Counted from the stretch's first letter, positions 50,523 to 62,511 are shown. The stretch: 64,000 bases of DNA from Pseudomonadota bacterium (GCA_039026395.1 JBCCMK010000003.1:23899-87898); one strand, 5' to 3'. The notes: generated by a model not told the origin, from the letters alone. Made by a program: numbers and translations.

Positions 50523-51125
50523 CTATTGCCCGACAGCGGACTTGACGGCCGCATCGAGTGCTGACTTGTCCGGTGCTTTGCCGAGGATCGCCTCGACAAC
50601 AGCTGATGCAGTGTCGCTTGCGATCCCGCCAACTTCGGCCATGGCTTCCGAGCGGGTTTCTGCGATGCGCTTTGCGGCTGTCGCTGCTTTCTCGGCCAAA
50701 TCAGCATCAATTTCAGCGCGCTTCTCATCGAGTTCCGCGTTGATTTGATCCCGAGTTTTCTGAGCGATGGCGCTCGCTTTTTGCTTGGCTTCGGCAAGCT
50801 CTTGCTCATAGGCCGCGATCGCGTCATCCGTCTCGGCCCGGAGCCGATCTGCCTCGGCAAGGTCGTTCGCGATCCTGGACCGACGGTCTTCGATAATCCC
50901 GCCAATTCGCGGAATGATCGTTGATGACATGAGGTAGTAGAGGACGCCGAACGATAGCGCGAGCCACAGGAGCTGCGATGGAAACGTGCTTGTGTCGAAC
51001 GGAGGGAATGTACCTCCGCTCTGCTCTGCGGTTTCCGCCGCGAACATGATCATGTCCTGGCCGGCGACACGGTCCATAAGAGCCGCGCCGTATGCCTGCG
51101 CCTGAGCGCTTACAGGATCACTCAT
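50523..51125 (-). CDS. F0F1 ATP synthase subunit b'
   Basis: A second b-type subunit with a FPPFD..FPSQLLWLALSF TM segment and coiled coil, as in alphaproteobacterial F0 operons. Confidence 0.8.
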   Translation of the reverse strand: MSDPVSAQAQAYGAALMDRVAGQDMIMFAAETAEQSGGTFPPFDTSTFPSQLLWLALSFGVLYYLMSSTIIPRIGGIIEDRRSRIANDLAEADRLRAETDDAIAAYEQELAEAKQKASAIAQKTRDQINAELDEKRAEIDADLAEKAATAAKRIAETRSEAMAEVGGIASDTASAVVEAILGKAPDKSALDAAVKSAVGQ

Positions 51126-51185
51126 CGATCACTCCCAAATTCCCTCTACCGCCCTCATGGCGGAACACGCATTCAAGTCTTTGAA

Positions 51186-51413
51186 TTACGCAACGAACAG
51201 AAGGATGAGCGCGACAACGAGCGAGAAGATGCCGAGACCTTCAGCGAGCGCTGCGCCGATCAAGGCATTGGTGAACTGAGCCTGAGACGCGGATGGGTTG
51301 CGAAGCGAACCGGCGAGATAATTGCCGAAGATCGTTCCAACGCCGATGCCTGCGCCACCCATGCCGATGCAAGCGATGCCGGCGCCGATCAATTTTGCTG
51401 CTTCTGCGTCCAT
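51186..51413 (-). CDS. atpE: F0F1 ATP synthase subunit c
   Basis: 75-aa hairpin proteolipid with a GxGxGxG helix and a conserved carboxylate (ALAEGLGIF). Confidence 0.95.
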   Translation of the reverse strand: MDAEAAKLIGAGIACIGMGGAGIGVGTIFGNYLAGSLRNPSASQAQFTNALIGAALAEGLGIFSLVVALILLFVA

Positions 51414-51464
51414 TGTTTGAACTCCTAAAGGTTTGGCGATCTATCCGCCGTTGGGTTTCTTTAA

Positions 51465-52217
51465 TCAGTGGTGAGGATGCAATGCGTCATTCAGGTAGAC
51501 GCATGTGAGAACGGTGAAGACATAGGCCTGAAGCGCTGCGATCAGGAACTCAAACGCTGTGAGAGCGATCGTCATCGCGAAAGGGAATACCGCGCCGAGG
51601 ACGCCCGCAAACCCGGCCGCTCCCATCGTTACGACGAAGCCCGCAAACACCTTCAGGACAATGTGGCCGGCGAGCATGTTGCCGAAGAGACGGAGCGAGA
51701 GTGAGATTGGTCGCGAGAGGAACGAAATCACCTCAATCAAAGTGATGAACGGCAGGATCGCACCTGGAACGCCATCCGGCACGAAGAGTTTTAAGAAGCC
51801 GGTGCCGTGCCGTGAAAATCCAACGAATAGCACGAGCAATATGACGACCATCGCGAGCGTAAATGTCACGATGATGTGGCTCGTCACCGTGAAGAAATAC
51901 GGGAACATGCCGAAGAGGTTGCACAACAGCACGAACATAAAGAGCGAGAAGATGAACGGGAAAAACCGCATGCCCTCGGTGCCGGTGGTACTTCGAACGG
52001 TGTTCGCGACGAAGGAATAGAGGAGTTCAGCAATCGACTGCATCCGCGTCGGGACAAGGGTCCGACCGGACGTAGCCAGCATCAAGAAAAGTACGATGGT
52101 GCCGACCGATGCGACCATGAAGAGTGCTGAGTTTGTGAATGCGATCTCAGCGCCGCCGATTTCACCGAGCGACAGAATGTTTTTGATCTGAAACTGGGAA
52201 ATCGGATCGTTTGCCAC
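51465..52217 (-). CDS. atpB: F0F1 ATP synthase subunit a
   Basis: Conserved [13 protein letters not shown] motif with the essential Arg. Confidence 0.95.
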   Translation of the reverse strand: MANDPISQFQIKNILSLGEIGGAEIAFTNSALFMVASVGTIVLFLMLATSGRTLVPTRMQSIAELLYSFVANTVRSTTGTEGMRFFPFIFSLFMFVLLCNLFGMFPYFFTVTSHIIVTFTLAMVVILLVLFVGFSRHGTGFLKLFVPDGVPGAILPFITLIEVISFLSRPISLSLRLFGNMLAGHIVLKVFAGFVVTMGAAGFAGVLGAVFPFAMTIALTAFEFLIAALQAYVFTVLTCVYLNDALHPHH

Positions 52218-52242
52218 GTCTGCTCCGCTCGCCGCTGCACCG

Positions 52243-52581
52243 TTAAGGAGTGCGCTTATTCACTTCGTCATTTGCTTCGCGTGCCGCGTCCATTGCTCGA
52301 CCAGCGCGCACCATATTCATCATGCCTGCTACGAAACCAAGGAGAACGAAAACGATCAGTCCCCACGGTGTCGTGCCCAAGAGTGTGTCAAACCCCCAAC
52401 CGATCCCAGCACCGACAATCACGCCGGCGACGAACTCAGAGCCGAGCCGCATTGCAATACCGAAACCAGAATAGTCGCGCGTCGTTTTCGTGACGGGCTG
52501 GCCCTGTTTTGCCTGCGTATCAGCCACTTTCTCGCGAAGGTTCTGTAATCGTCTGTCGAGATCATCGTCGCGGGAAGGCAT
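52243..52581 (-). CDS. atpI: AtpZ/AtpI family protein
   Basis: A small protein with 2 TM helices directly upstream of atpB. The ATG at 52581 is preferred because the ORF-track start at 52725 would overlap the putative promoter. Confidence 0.65.
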   Translation of the reverse strand: MPSRDDDLDRRLQNLREKVADTQAKQGQPVTKTTRDYSGFGIAMRLGSEFVAGVIVGAGIGWGFDTLLGTTPWGLIVFVLLGFVAGMMNMVRAGRAMDAAREANDEVNKRTP

Positions 52582-52696
52582 CTTACGATGTGCCGTACCG
52601 CGCCGGGGTCGTGATCGCAAACGATTTGAAAATCGCGGATAGTGTCGAGAGAGAAACCCCCATGGAAATCGACTTACTCTGCCGCAAGTCGCGCGC

Positions 52697-52725
52697 AAAC
52701 TAGTTCCCGGTTGCTCGAGTGTCAA
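52697..52725 (-). promoter_or_regulatory. candidate sigma70-type promoter of the atp F0 operon
   Basis: The minus strand reads TTGACA (52725-52720), then 17 nt, then TAGTTT (52702-52697). The -10 element is weak. Confidence 0.3.
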
Positions 52726-52841
52726 GCGCCGTTCAAAAGCGCGTAAACCTTTGAATTAATTGGATAAAATCTTATCCTTGACGACATTCGTCGATACGCG
52801 TTTTCGCGCACGCACAAACGCTGGTCGGACCGAAACGGCGC

Positions 52842-55800
52842 TTATGCGGTCTCTCGGTAGGTTTCGGCGGTTGCCAGATCAACCGAAACGAGCTGACTCA
52901 CGCCTCGTTCTGCCATTGTAACGCCAAACAGACGGTCGACCCGGGCCATGGTGATCGGGTTGTGCGTGATGACAAGGAAACGGGTATCGGTTTGCGAGAC
53001 AATGTCCTCAAGGAGCGCGCAATATCGGCCGACATTGGCGTCATCAAGTGGCGCATCGACCTCATCTAAGACGCAAATCGGCGAAGGGTTCGAAAGAAAC
53101 ACCGCGAAAATAAGTGCGGTTGCGGTAAGCGCCTGCTCGCCCCCTGAGAGGAGCGTCAGGGTCTGCGGTTTTTTGCCGGGTGGGCGCGCGATGATCTCAA
53201 GGCCCGCGTCGAGTGGATCGTCTGATTCGACCAGTTTGAGTTCGCCAGTGCCGCCGCCGAATAGTGTCGAAAACAGCCGTTTGAAATGCGTGTTCACCCG
53301 ATCGAAGGCCGCTAGAAGCCGTTCTCGACCTTCTCGATTGAGATTGTTGATCGCTGTTCTAAGGCGCCGTATCGCCTGTTCGAGGTCCTCGCGTTCCGCG
53401 ATCATCGTATCGCGCTGCTCCTCGATCTCAGCTGCTTCTTCTTCTGCTCTCAGATTGACGCCTCCGAGACGCTCACGGTCGATTTTTCGCCGCTCCAGAT
53501 CGCGCTCGACTGTCGCAAGATCTGGAATTTTCTCTTCATCGACGCCTTGGCTCGATAGGAGCCGGTTCGGCGCGACCTCGTGATTGGCCCGAATTGAAGA
53601 CGTAATTTCATCGAGTTTTGCTTTTGCCGCGAGCGCGCGGGCTTCAGTAGAAGCCAGTCTTTCACGTGCTTCGCTCAAGCTCGACTGCGCCGCCCGCTCA
53701 ATCTTATCGGAATCCCGCTGTTGGGTTTCCATCTCCGCCAAGCGGTCGGCCGCTTTTTTTCTCTCTGTCTCAGCTTTTTCAAGGTCTGAGGAGAGGCTGC
53801 GTTTTTTCTCTTCGATCTCAGCGGGCTTGCCGTCGAGGCCTTCGCGCTCTTCTTCGGCCAATGCGCGCCGATCAGAGAGACGCCTAATTTGATCGCTGGC
53901 GCTCGCGGCACGCCGCACCCAAGCGGCGCGTTCCTCCGACACTGCGCGAAGGCGATCGAGCCGAAGCTTTTTCTCTCGGTCGAGGCCGTCGGCTTTTGCC
54001 TGAGCGGTCGTAAGCGCGGAACGCGCTCCATCGACCGTATCTCGGGCGGTTTTTAGCGCCTCTTCAAAATCGCCACTGGCAGCGGAGTTTGATTTCCGCG
54101 CCTCAGCGTCCGCCCGTTCCGTTTCCGCCTCGGCAATCCTGTTGTCGAGTTGAGCCACTGCCTCCTTGAGGGCACTCTGGCGGCTCTCTATACGCTCAAG
54201 CTCACGCTCGGCGTCCCGGTGCACTTGCTCTGATTTTTGCAGCGCGGAGCGTGTTTCAGACAGGTGGCGCCGAAGATCAGAAAAACTGGTTTCTGCCTCC
54301 GTTTCCGCACGCTTGGCGGTTTCTGCGTCGTCCCGCATGCGCTGAAGGTCCGGCGAGGCTGCCGCCACAGCGCCGCGAAGCTCCGTCAGACGGTTACGCT
54401 GCGCGAGGCGTTGTGCTGCTTGGGTCGGGGCATCAGCGCGAACCGTCAAGCCATCCCAGCGCCACAGCGCACCATCACGCGACACAAGAGTTTGGCCAGG
54501 CTTCAACTCAGATCGAATTCCGTCAGTTGGAGCATCCTCGACCACACCGATCTGTTTCAGACAGCGCGTGAGGAGGGCAGGAGCCTGTACAACATCGAAA
54601 AGCGGGGTAGCTCCTTGCGGCAAGGATGGGTCATCGACACCGTTTCCTGGATCGGTCCAGAACATCGGTGCGCTATCGTCGGTGGTATGCGTCAGATCAT
54701 CACCGAGTACCGCCCCGAGCGCGGTTTCATAACCCGGTGAGGCTGTGATCTCATCGATGAGCGCGCTCGAAGTGTGACCACTGTCATGGACCAGCATCCG
54801 TTCGAGCGCTGAGGCTTCGGCGTTCAGCGCGGCGAGCGATTTCTCGGCGTCTTTAACGGCGTCGCGGGCACCGGAAAGCCGAGCACGCGCCTCTTTCGTC
54901 GCGGTTTCGCGATCGGATAGCTGTCCTTCAGCGTCATGGAGCGTCCGCCGAAGCGCTTCAGCTTTGTTGGCAAGCTGTGCGACGCGGTCTGCCATCTCGC
55001 TCGTATTTTTATGGGCTTCGATCTCTTTCGCCGATGACGCCTGCTGCGCCTTGAGGCTGGCAAGCCGTTTATCTGCTTCTTCTATGGCACGCGCGATCTG
55101 CGCTTCTTCGGCGCGCCGTTCCGCGGCTGCATTCAGCCGGTCGGAAAGGACCGCTTCCGCTTCCGTGAGTGCCTGATGGGCTTCGCGTTTCTGGTTCTCT
55201 GCCGTCTCTAAGGCTTCGCTAGAGTTCTCGTTCTGCGCGTTCAATTTCTCGGCTTCGGCATCGAGCCGTTCGATGATGGGCGTCGTTTCTTTATCCAGCG
55301 CTTGTTCGCGGCGAATGTCCTCGGTGATCTGCTCGATCGTCGCCGCCAGCTCTCGTGTCCTCGCTTCAATCTGCTGTCTTTGGGCATCGAGACCGTCGCG
55401 GGCGGCAATGAGTGCGACCAGGCGCGCCGCCGCTTCCGCCTCAGCGTCCCGCAAGCTTGGCAGTTGCGAGGCGGCGACAGCATTGTCTTTATTCGCCGTG
55501 CTCAATGCGGTGGTGCGCTCGGCCACAAGCCGCACGAGTTCGTCTCGTTCTTTCTCGGTCGCTTCGACCTCAGATCGCGCAGCGACGAATTGGAGATAAG
55601 CGGCTTGCGCTTCCAAGCGTCTAATGTCCGCCGACAGCGCTTTGAATTTTGCCGCGTGCCGAGCCTGGCGCTTCAGATTGTCCAATTGGCTGGTGATTTG
55701 ACCCATCACGTCGTCAAGACGCTCAAGGTTGGTCTCTGCGGCCCGCAATCGAAGTTCGGCTTCATGGCGACGGGAATGAAGGCCGCTTATGCCAGCTGCG

Positions 55801-56297
55801 TCTTCGATAACGCGTCGTCGTGCTTGAGGCTTTGCGGAGATCAGTTCTCCGATCTGGCCCTGTCGAACAAGCGCTGAGGACCGTGCGCCCGTTGAGGCGT
55901 CGGCAAAGAGGAGCGCCACGTCTCGCGCGCGGACTTCCTTGCCATTCACGCGGTATGTCGATCCGTTCTCACGCTCAATGCGGCGCGAAATCTCCAGCTG
56001 CTCGAAATCATTGAAGATAGCGGGCGCTGTCCGATCCGTGTTGTCGACGGTGAGGACCACTTCCGCGATATTGCGAGAGGGGCGGCTGCCTGAACCCGAA
56101 AAGATGACATCGTCCATCGCAGTGCCGCGCAGGGACTTATATGAACTTTCGCCCATCACCCAGCGGAGCGCTTCGACGAGGTTCGATTTTCCGCAGCCAT
56201 TGGGGCCGACGACGCCGGTCAGCCCGGGCTCGATCAGGAGATCGGTCGCATCAACAAAAGACTTAAAGCCAGTAAGTTTGAGGCGCGTGAGCCGCAT
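52842..56297 (-). CDS. smc: chromosome segregation protein SMC
   Basis: 1151 aa with Walker A GPNGCGKSN, long coiled coils, a hinge, the C-terminal signature LSGGEQ and Walker B VLDEVDAPLD. Confidence 0.95.
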   Translation of the reverse strand: MRLTRLKLTGFKSFVDATDLLIEPGLTGVVGPNGCGKSNLVEALRWVMGESSYKSLRGTAMDDVIFSGSGSRPSRNIAEVVLTVDNTDRTAPAIFNDFEQLEISRRIERENGSTYRVNGKEVRARDVALLFADASTGARSSALVRQGQIGELISAKPQARRRVIEDAAGISGLHSRRHEAELRLRAAETNLERLDDVMGQITSQLDNLKRQARHAAKFKALSADIRRLEAQAAYLQFVAARSEVEATEKERDELVRLVAERTTALSTANKDNAVAASQLPSLRDAEAEAAARLVALIAARDGLDAQRQQIEARTRELAATIEQITEDIRREQALDKETTPIIERLDAEAEKLNAQNENSSEALETAENQKREAHQALTEAEAVLSDRLNAAAERRAEEAQIARAIEEADKRLASLKAQQASSAKEIEAHKNTSEMADRVAQLANKAEALRRTLHDAEGQLSDRETATKEARARLSGARDAVKDAEKSLAALNAEASALERMLVHDSGHTSSALIDEITASPGYETALGAVLGDDLTHTTDDSAPMFWTDPGNGVDDPSLPQGATPLFDVVQAPALLTRCLKQIGVVEDAPTDGIRSELKPGQTLVSRDGALWRWDGLTVRADAPTQAAQRLAQRNRLTELRGAVAAASPDLQRMRDDAETAKRAETEAETSFSDLRRHLSETRSALQKSEQVHRDAERELERIESRQSALKEAVAQLDNRIAEAETERADAEARKSNSAASGDFEEALKTARDTVDGARSALTTAQAKADGLDREKKLRLDRLRAVSEERAAWVRRAASASDQIRRLSDRRALAEEEREGLDGKPAEIEEKKRSLSSDLEKAETERKKAADRLAEMETQQRDSDKIERAAQSSLSEARERLASTEARALAAKAKLDEITSSIRANHEVAPNRLLSSQGVDEEKIPDLATVERDLERRKIDRERLGGVNLRAEEEAAEIEEQRDTMIAEREDLEQAIRRLRTAINNLNREGRERLLAAFDRVNTHFKRLFSTLFGGGTGELKLVESDDPLDAGLEIIARPPGKKPQTLTLLSGGEQALTATALIFAVFLSNPSPICVLDEVDAPLDDANVGRYCALLEDIVSQTDTRFLVITHNPITMARVDRLFGVTMAERGVSQLVSVDLATAETYRETA

Positions 56298-56310
56298 CAG
56301 CCCGCCCCAA

Positions 56311-56350
56311 ATGAAAAAGAAGCGACGAGCACAACAATAGCGCTCGCCGC
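56311..56350 (-). terminator. Rho-independent terminator downstream of the dsbA-like gene, ending 13 nt before the smc start codon
   Basis: The minus strand reads GCGGCGAGC-gctattgttgt-GCTCGTCGC, a 9-bp stem with one G-U pair, followed by TTCTTTTTCATTT. Confidence 0.65.
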
Positions 56351-56363
56351 GAAAGCGAATGCC

Positions 56364-56993
56364 CTAGAGGTGCTGCTCGATGATCCGGTCCAACTCGTCA
56401 ATCGTCACCGCTCCGCGCACCAACTCGCCATTCACAAAGAATGTCGGTGTCGAGCGCACACCAAACTCGGTCTCGGCTCGCTGCCGAGTCCAGTTAATGC
56501 CTTCGAGAAGGTCCTGATTCTTGAGGCACGCGTCAAACTCTGAACGCGTTAGACCACCTTGTTGAGCCAGTGCAAACAAAGCATCCACAGGTTTGTCGGA
56601 CCGGGACCACGTCGTGTGGGTTTCGTAGACAAATTAGAGGAAGTCGAAATATTTTTCGTCCGGGACGCAGCGCGCGAGCATGAATGCCGCCGCCGCGAGC
56701 GCGTCGAGTGGAAATTCGCGGCTGATAAAGTGCACTTTGCCGGTTTCGATGTACCGCTCTTTGAGGGCCGGAAATGTCTGTTTGTGAAAACGTGCGCAGA
56801 ACCCGCATGTCGCCGACGCGTATTCAATCATGGTTACGGGTGCTGCAGGATCGCCAAGCGATTTTTCGGGAAGTGGGCCGAGTTCCAGGAGCTTTGCCAT
56901 GTCAAAGTCTTGGGCAAACGCGGCATGTGCGGTGAAAGGCAGCGATGAAAGTGCTGCAAACCCAGCTACGTTGAACGTGCGTCTGTCGAGCAT
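56364..56993 (-). pseudogene. DsbA family thiol:disulfide oxidoreductase interrupted by one in-frame TAA
   Basis: ORFs 56634..56993 (signal peptide plus CGFC active site) and 56364..56588 (TPTFFVNG cis-Pro region) are in the same frame. Hand translation reads ...DEKYFDFL*FVYETHTTWSRSDKPVDALFALAQQGG..., with the stop at 56634-56636. Confidence 0.7.
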
Positions 56994-57077
56994 TGTCTGT
57001 GTATCCCTCGTAAAACCGTTATTGCCATCTTAGCCGAAAGTCGAAAGCATGGCTTCCTCATGACAACTGATCTCTTT

Positions 57078-57595
57078 TCAACTCTTCTTGATCGCGTCTT
57101 CGGCGATGGCGCTCGCATCGGCATGGACCGACTGGCCCAGACGATCAAGCGCCGCACGCAATTCGGCATCCTCTACACCGCTCACCATCGCTTTGACATC
57201 GTCGCGAGCAGCAGGTGGACAAAGAGGACGTGCTTGGGCCTTCGGCGGCGTTTTGACCGGTCCTTGAACAATTTTGATCGAAGAGATGGCCGCATAGCCG
57301 AAATAGGCGTTCACACGGTCCTTCAAAATCTCAGTTTTGTGTTGGATTTCCAGAGCGGCCGCGCCGTCAACGCGGATAACCAGCGTTCCTCCCGAATCTC
57401 GATCTCCCGGTCGTTGAGGCCATCGTATTCGCTCAGGCATCGACATTTTTGCGAGCCGCTCGCCGGCGATTTCCCGCCAGTGCCTCACGATATCTCCGCG
57501 CGCAAAGCCACGTCGCCTCAGCGTTGGATCCACCAAACCATCGAGATGCGAGGCAAGCGGCTGAAGGATACGCTGGTTTTTTCGGCTGTCTCGCA

Positions 57596-57614
<19 letters not shown>
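57078..57614 (-). CDS. DUF721 domain-containing protein (DciA-like)
   Basis: W(R)EIAGERLAKMSMPERI ... GGTLVIRVDGAAALEIQHKTEILKDRVNAYFGY is the DUF721 pattern. The gene is divergent from mutY, as in many alphaproteobacteria. Its first 19 nt overlap the preferred mutY start. Confidence 0.65.
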
Positions 57615-59775
<2,161 letters not shown>

Positions 59776-59863
59776 TCAAACACAGCCTGCGGTTGCTCTG
59801 CAGGTCTCTCCATAATCAACGCTTAACGTTGAGCCTTTCCTAAGCCGATTGGTTAATCAGTGA

Positions 59864-60499
59864 CTAACGCCCGGGCCCTAAGATTTTGACGGGCTTGAAG
59901 CTTTTCCGATGGAAGGGGGTTGGGCCATGCTCAGCCAGCGCCCTCAAGTGAGCAGCTGTCGGGTAGCCCTTGTGTTTGTCGAACCCGTACTCCGGAAGCC
60001 GTTCAGCGAGCTGAACCATCATTTGGTCGCGCGTGACCTTTGCGATAATGGACGCAGCCGCCACGGATATTGATTTTTGGTCGCCTTTGACGATCGCTTC
60101 GCCGGAAAACGGCAGGCCTGTACTCCGGTCAGTGGGTTGGTCGCGGCCATCGGTCAATACGGCGCTTGGAATGATGGCAAGAGATGCTACGGCCTCAGAC
60201 ATGGCGCGAAGTGTTGCGCCGCGAATATTGAAGTCATCTATAACTGATGGAGGAACCAAGGCGATCCCGACATGGGCGGTTTTTACGATTTCGTCGAAAA
60301 GCCGTTCGCGCTCGGTCTCCGATAAGAGCTTGGAATCGCGTATTCCTTGAGGTGCACGCTCGCGATTTAGAACAATTGCTGCCGCCACTACTGGGCCCGC
60401 AAGTGGACCGCGGCCAGCCTCATCGACCCCCGCGACCGACCCTCCAGTCAGTTCGATCCACCGGTCCTCGAACGAAAAATCTGGAAGCGTCACGCACAA
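59864..60499 (-). CDS. rnhB: ribonuclease HII
   Basis: GVDEAGRGPLAGPVVAAA and DSKLLS motifs. Confidence 0.95.
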   Translation of the reverse strand: MCVTLPDFSFEDRWIELTGGSVAGVDEAGRGPLAGPVVAAAIVLNRERAPQGIRDSKLLSETERERLFDEIVKTAHVGIALVPPSVIDDFNIRGATLRAMSEAVASLAIIPSAVLTDGRDQPTDRSTGLPFSGEAIVKGDQKSISVAAASIIAKVTRDQMMVQLAERLPEYGFDKHKGYPTAAHLRALAEHGPTPFHRKSFKPVKILGPGR

Positions 60500-60517
60500 T
60501 CCATCTCTAAGTTGACA

Positions 60518-61687
60518 TTAGATTAGCCGCATTTGCCCTCCTTCTGGAACCGGGGCCTCGAAGAGATCGGTGCGTAGAACCGTCTTCTTATCGTTAAACC
60601 CAAACTTGCGGGCCGCGATTTCAAACCGTCGGCCAACGGTCCATGCGTGCGGGCCAGTTCCTGTTTGACGCCGAAAAAACTCGGAATCATAAGCACTTCC
60701 GCCGCGCATTGATTTCATGATCGACATCACTTTTTTGGCCCGGTCCGGGTAGTGTTTTTCAAGCCACTGCTCAAAGAGGTCCTTCACCTCCCAAGGTAAG
60801 CGGAGGAGCACGTAGCCTGCTTCTTTCGAGCCAGTAAGGGACACACGGCCGAGAATGGCTTCGATTTCATGTTCATTGAGCGCTGGAATGATCGGTGCGA
60901 CCAAAACGCTGGTCGGAATGCCCGCAGCTTCGAGCAATTCGAGTGCCTGAATGCGCTTTTCAGGCTGAGACGTGCGTGGTTCCATCGCCCGCGCTAACAT
61001 GGGATCGAGTGTCGTGACGGAGAGGGCAACTTTGACGAGCCCGCGTTCAGCCAGTGAGGCCAAGATATCAATATCTCGGGTTACCAATGCGGACTTTGTA
61101 ACGATCGCAATCGGATGACTGGTCCGATCGCAAACTTCTAAAATCTGGCGCGTAATCAGGTATTTACGCTCAATCGGCTGATAGGGGTCGGTGTTCGTCC
61201 CAATCGCAATCGTCTTCGCCTCATAGCCTGGTCGTGCAAGTTCACGCTCCAGCAATTTGGCAGCTTCTGGTTTTGCAAAAAGCTGGGTTTCGAAGTCTAG
61301 ACCCGGTGACAATCCCATATTGGCGTGGCTCGGGCGGGCAAAACAGTAGACGCAACCATGCTCACACCCGCGATAGGGATTGACCGACTGATCAAACGAC
61401 AGATCGGGTGAATCATTCTCTGTCAGGATCGACTTTGCGCGCTCGACCGTGACATTCGTCCGGAGCGAAGGCGCATCCTCGGCTAACGCTTCAAGTTCGC
61501 TAACGCGCTGATATTTCTCGTATTTCGCAGTCGGCTGAAATGTAGCACCGCGCCCACCCCGGATGAGCGCTCGTGCGTGATCTCGTTGGCCGCGAGATTG
61601 GCCAGGCGTGACAGCACTGGAAAGGATGGTCGTTACGGATCGCTCTTGCGGCGCTTGAAAGTCGGCCATTTCTGGCTCCGTTCGCAT
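60518..61687 (-). CDS. PA0069 family radical SAM protein (SplB-like)
   Basis: CEHGCVYCFA radical SAM cluster motif. The size and overall pattern match the PA0069 family. The start could instead be the MADFQ Met. Confidence 0.85.
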   Translation of the reverse strand: MRTEPEMADFQAPQERSVTTILSSAVTPGQSRGQRDHARALIRGGRGATFQPTAKYEKYQRVSELEALAEDAPSLRTNVTVERAKSILTENDSPDLSFDQSVNPYRGCEHGCVYCFARPSHANMGLSPGLDFETQLFAKPEAAKLLERELARPGYEAKTIAIGTNTDPYQPIERKYLITRQILEVCDRTSHPIAIVTKSALVTRDIDILASLAERGLVKVALSVTTLDPMLARAMEPRTSQPEKRIQALELLEAAGIPTSVLVAPIIPALNEHEIEAILGRVSLTGSKEAGYVLLRLPWEVKDLFEQWLEKHYPDRAKKVMSIMKSMRGGSAYDSEFFRRQTGTGPHAWTVGRRFEIAARKFGFNDKKTVLRTDLFEAPVPEGGQMRLI

Positions 61688-61722
61688 ATGTTCAATGATG
61701 TTTAATCGTTAACATTATTAAA

Positions 61723-61737
61723 GAACATATCAAGAAC
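61723..61737. promoter_or_regulatory. alphaproteobacterial-type LexA (SOS) box GAAC-N7-GAAC
   Basis: A perfect GAACATATCAAGAAC lies 36 nt upstream of the radical SAM start codon, in a 110-bp AT-rich divergent intergenic region. Confidence 0.6.
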
Positions 61738-61797
61738 ATTGTAGTCGATACTGACACGGAATGTCACGTTGCGCGTGGTTTAGAATTCTTAGAAAAA

Positions 61798-62511
61798 GTG
61801 GGAAACGCCCACGAGTACCGCTTGATCTCCATCGTCATTCCCACCTTGAACGCTGAAGAGACGCTTCCCGACACGCTCAGTTGTCTGGTGGAGGGCGCAC
61901 TTGACGGTCTCGTGCGCGACGTCGTGGTCGCCGATGGTGGTTCGAGTGATCAGACGATGGCGATCGCTGACTATATGGGATGCGAGGTCGTCACCTCAGA
62001 GCGAGGGCGGGGATACCAACTCGCGGCAGGGGCAGAGGCAGCGAAATCCGACTGGCTGCTCTTTCTCCATGCCGACACCGTCTTAGACGCACGCTGGCAG
62101 ACGGAGGTCGCGGCTTTTTGCGCGTGCGAATCGAAGAATCGCGATGCGCCGCGCGCCGGTGTATTTCAGTTCAAGCTTAGAGATGAGGGCGCGACGGCGC
62201 GGATCCTCGAAACCATGGTCGCGGTCCGGTGCGCGCTCTTTGCGCTGCCCTATGGCGACCAAGGCCTTCTCATTCATCGCTCACTCTATGATGAGATCGA
62301 TGGGTTCCAAGCAATCCCACTTATGGAGGATGTCGATATCATCCGAAGGATCGGTCGCCGGAGGCTGAGTTTCCTCCAAACGCGTGCGATCACGAGTGCC
62401 GATCGGTTTAAGCGGAACGGCTATATTTCTCGCAGCGCCCGAAACCTAACCTGCCTGTTCCTCTACTTCGCGGGCGTCTCGCCCTACCGGATCGCAAAAA
62501 TCTATAGCTGA
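61798..62511 (+). CDS. family 2 glycosyltransferase, TIGR04283-like ('transferase 2, rSAM/selenodomain-associated')
   Basis: ISIVIPTLNAEE, VVVADGGSSDQT, ERGRGYQLAAGA, LLFLHADT, YGDQGL and LMEDVD motifs match my memory of this family. The start is GTG. Confidence 0.8.
   Translation: MGNAHEYRLISIVIPTLNAEETLPDTLSCLVEGALDGLVRDVVVADGGSSDQTMAIADYMGCEVVTSERGRGYQLAAGAEAAKSDWLLFLHADTVLDARWQTEVAAFCACESKNRDAPRAGVFQFKLRDEGATARILETMVAVRCALFALPYGDQGLLIHRSLYDEIDGFQAIPLMEDVDIIRRIGRRRLSFLQTRAITSADRFKRNGYISRSARNLTCLFLYFAGVSPYRIAKIYS

Noticed and set aside
59853-59867. A CtrA-box-like TTAA-N7-CTAA (TTAG-N7-TTAA on the minus strand) about 100 nt upstream of ccrM.
   Set aside because: Only 7 of 8 consensus positions match. 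The site overlaps the rnhB stop codon, and such near-matches are common in AT-richer spacers. It cannot be supported without conservation or ChIP data.
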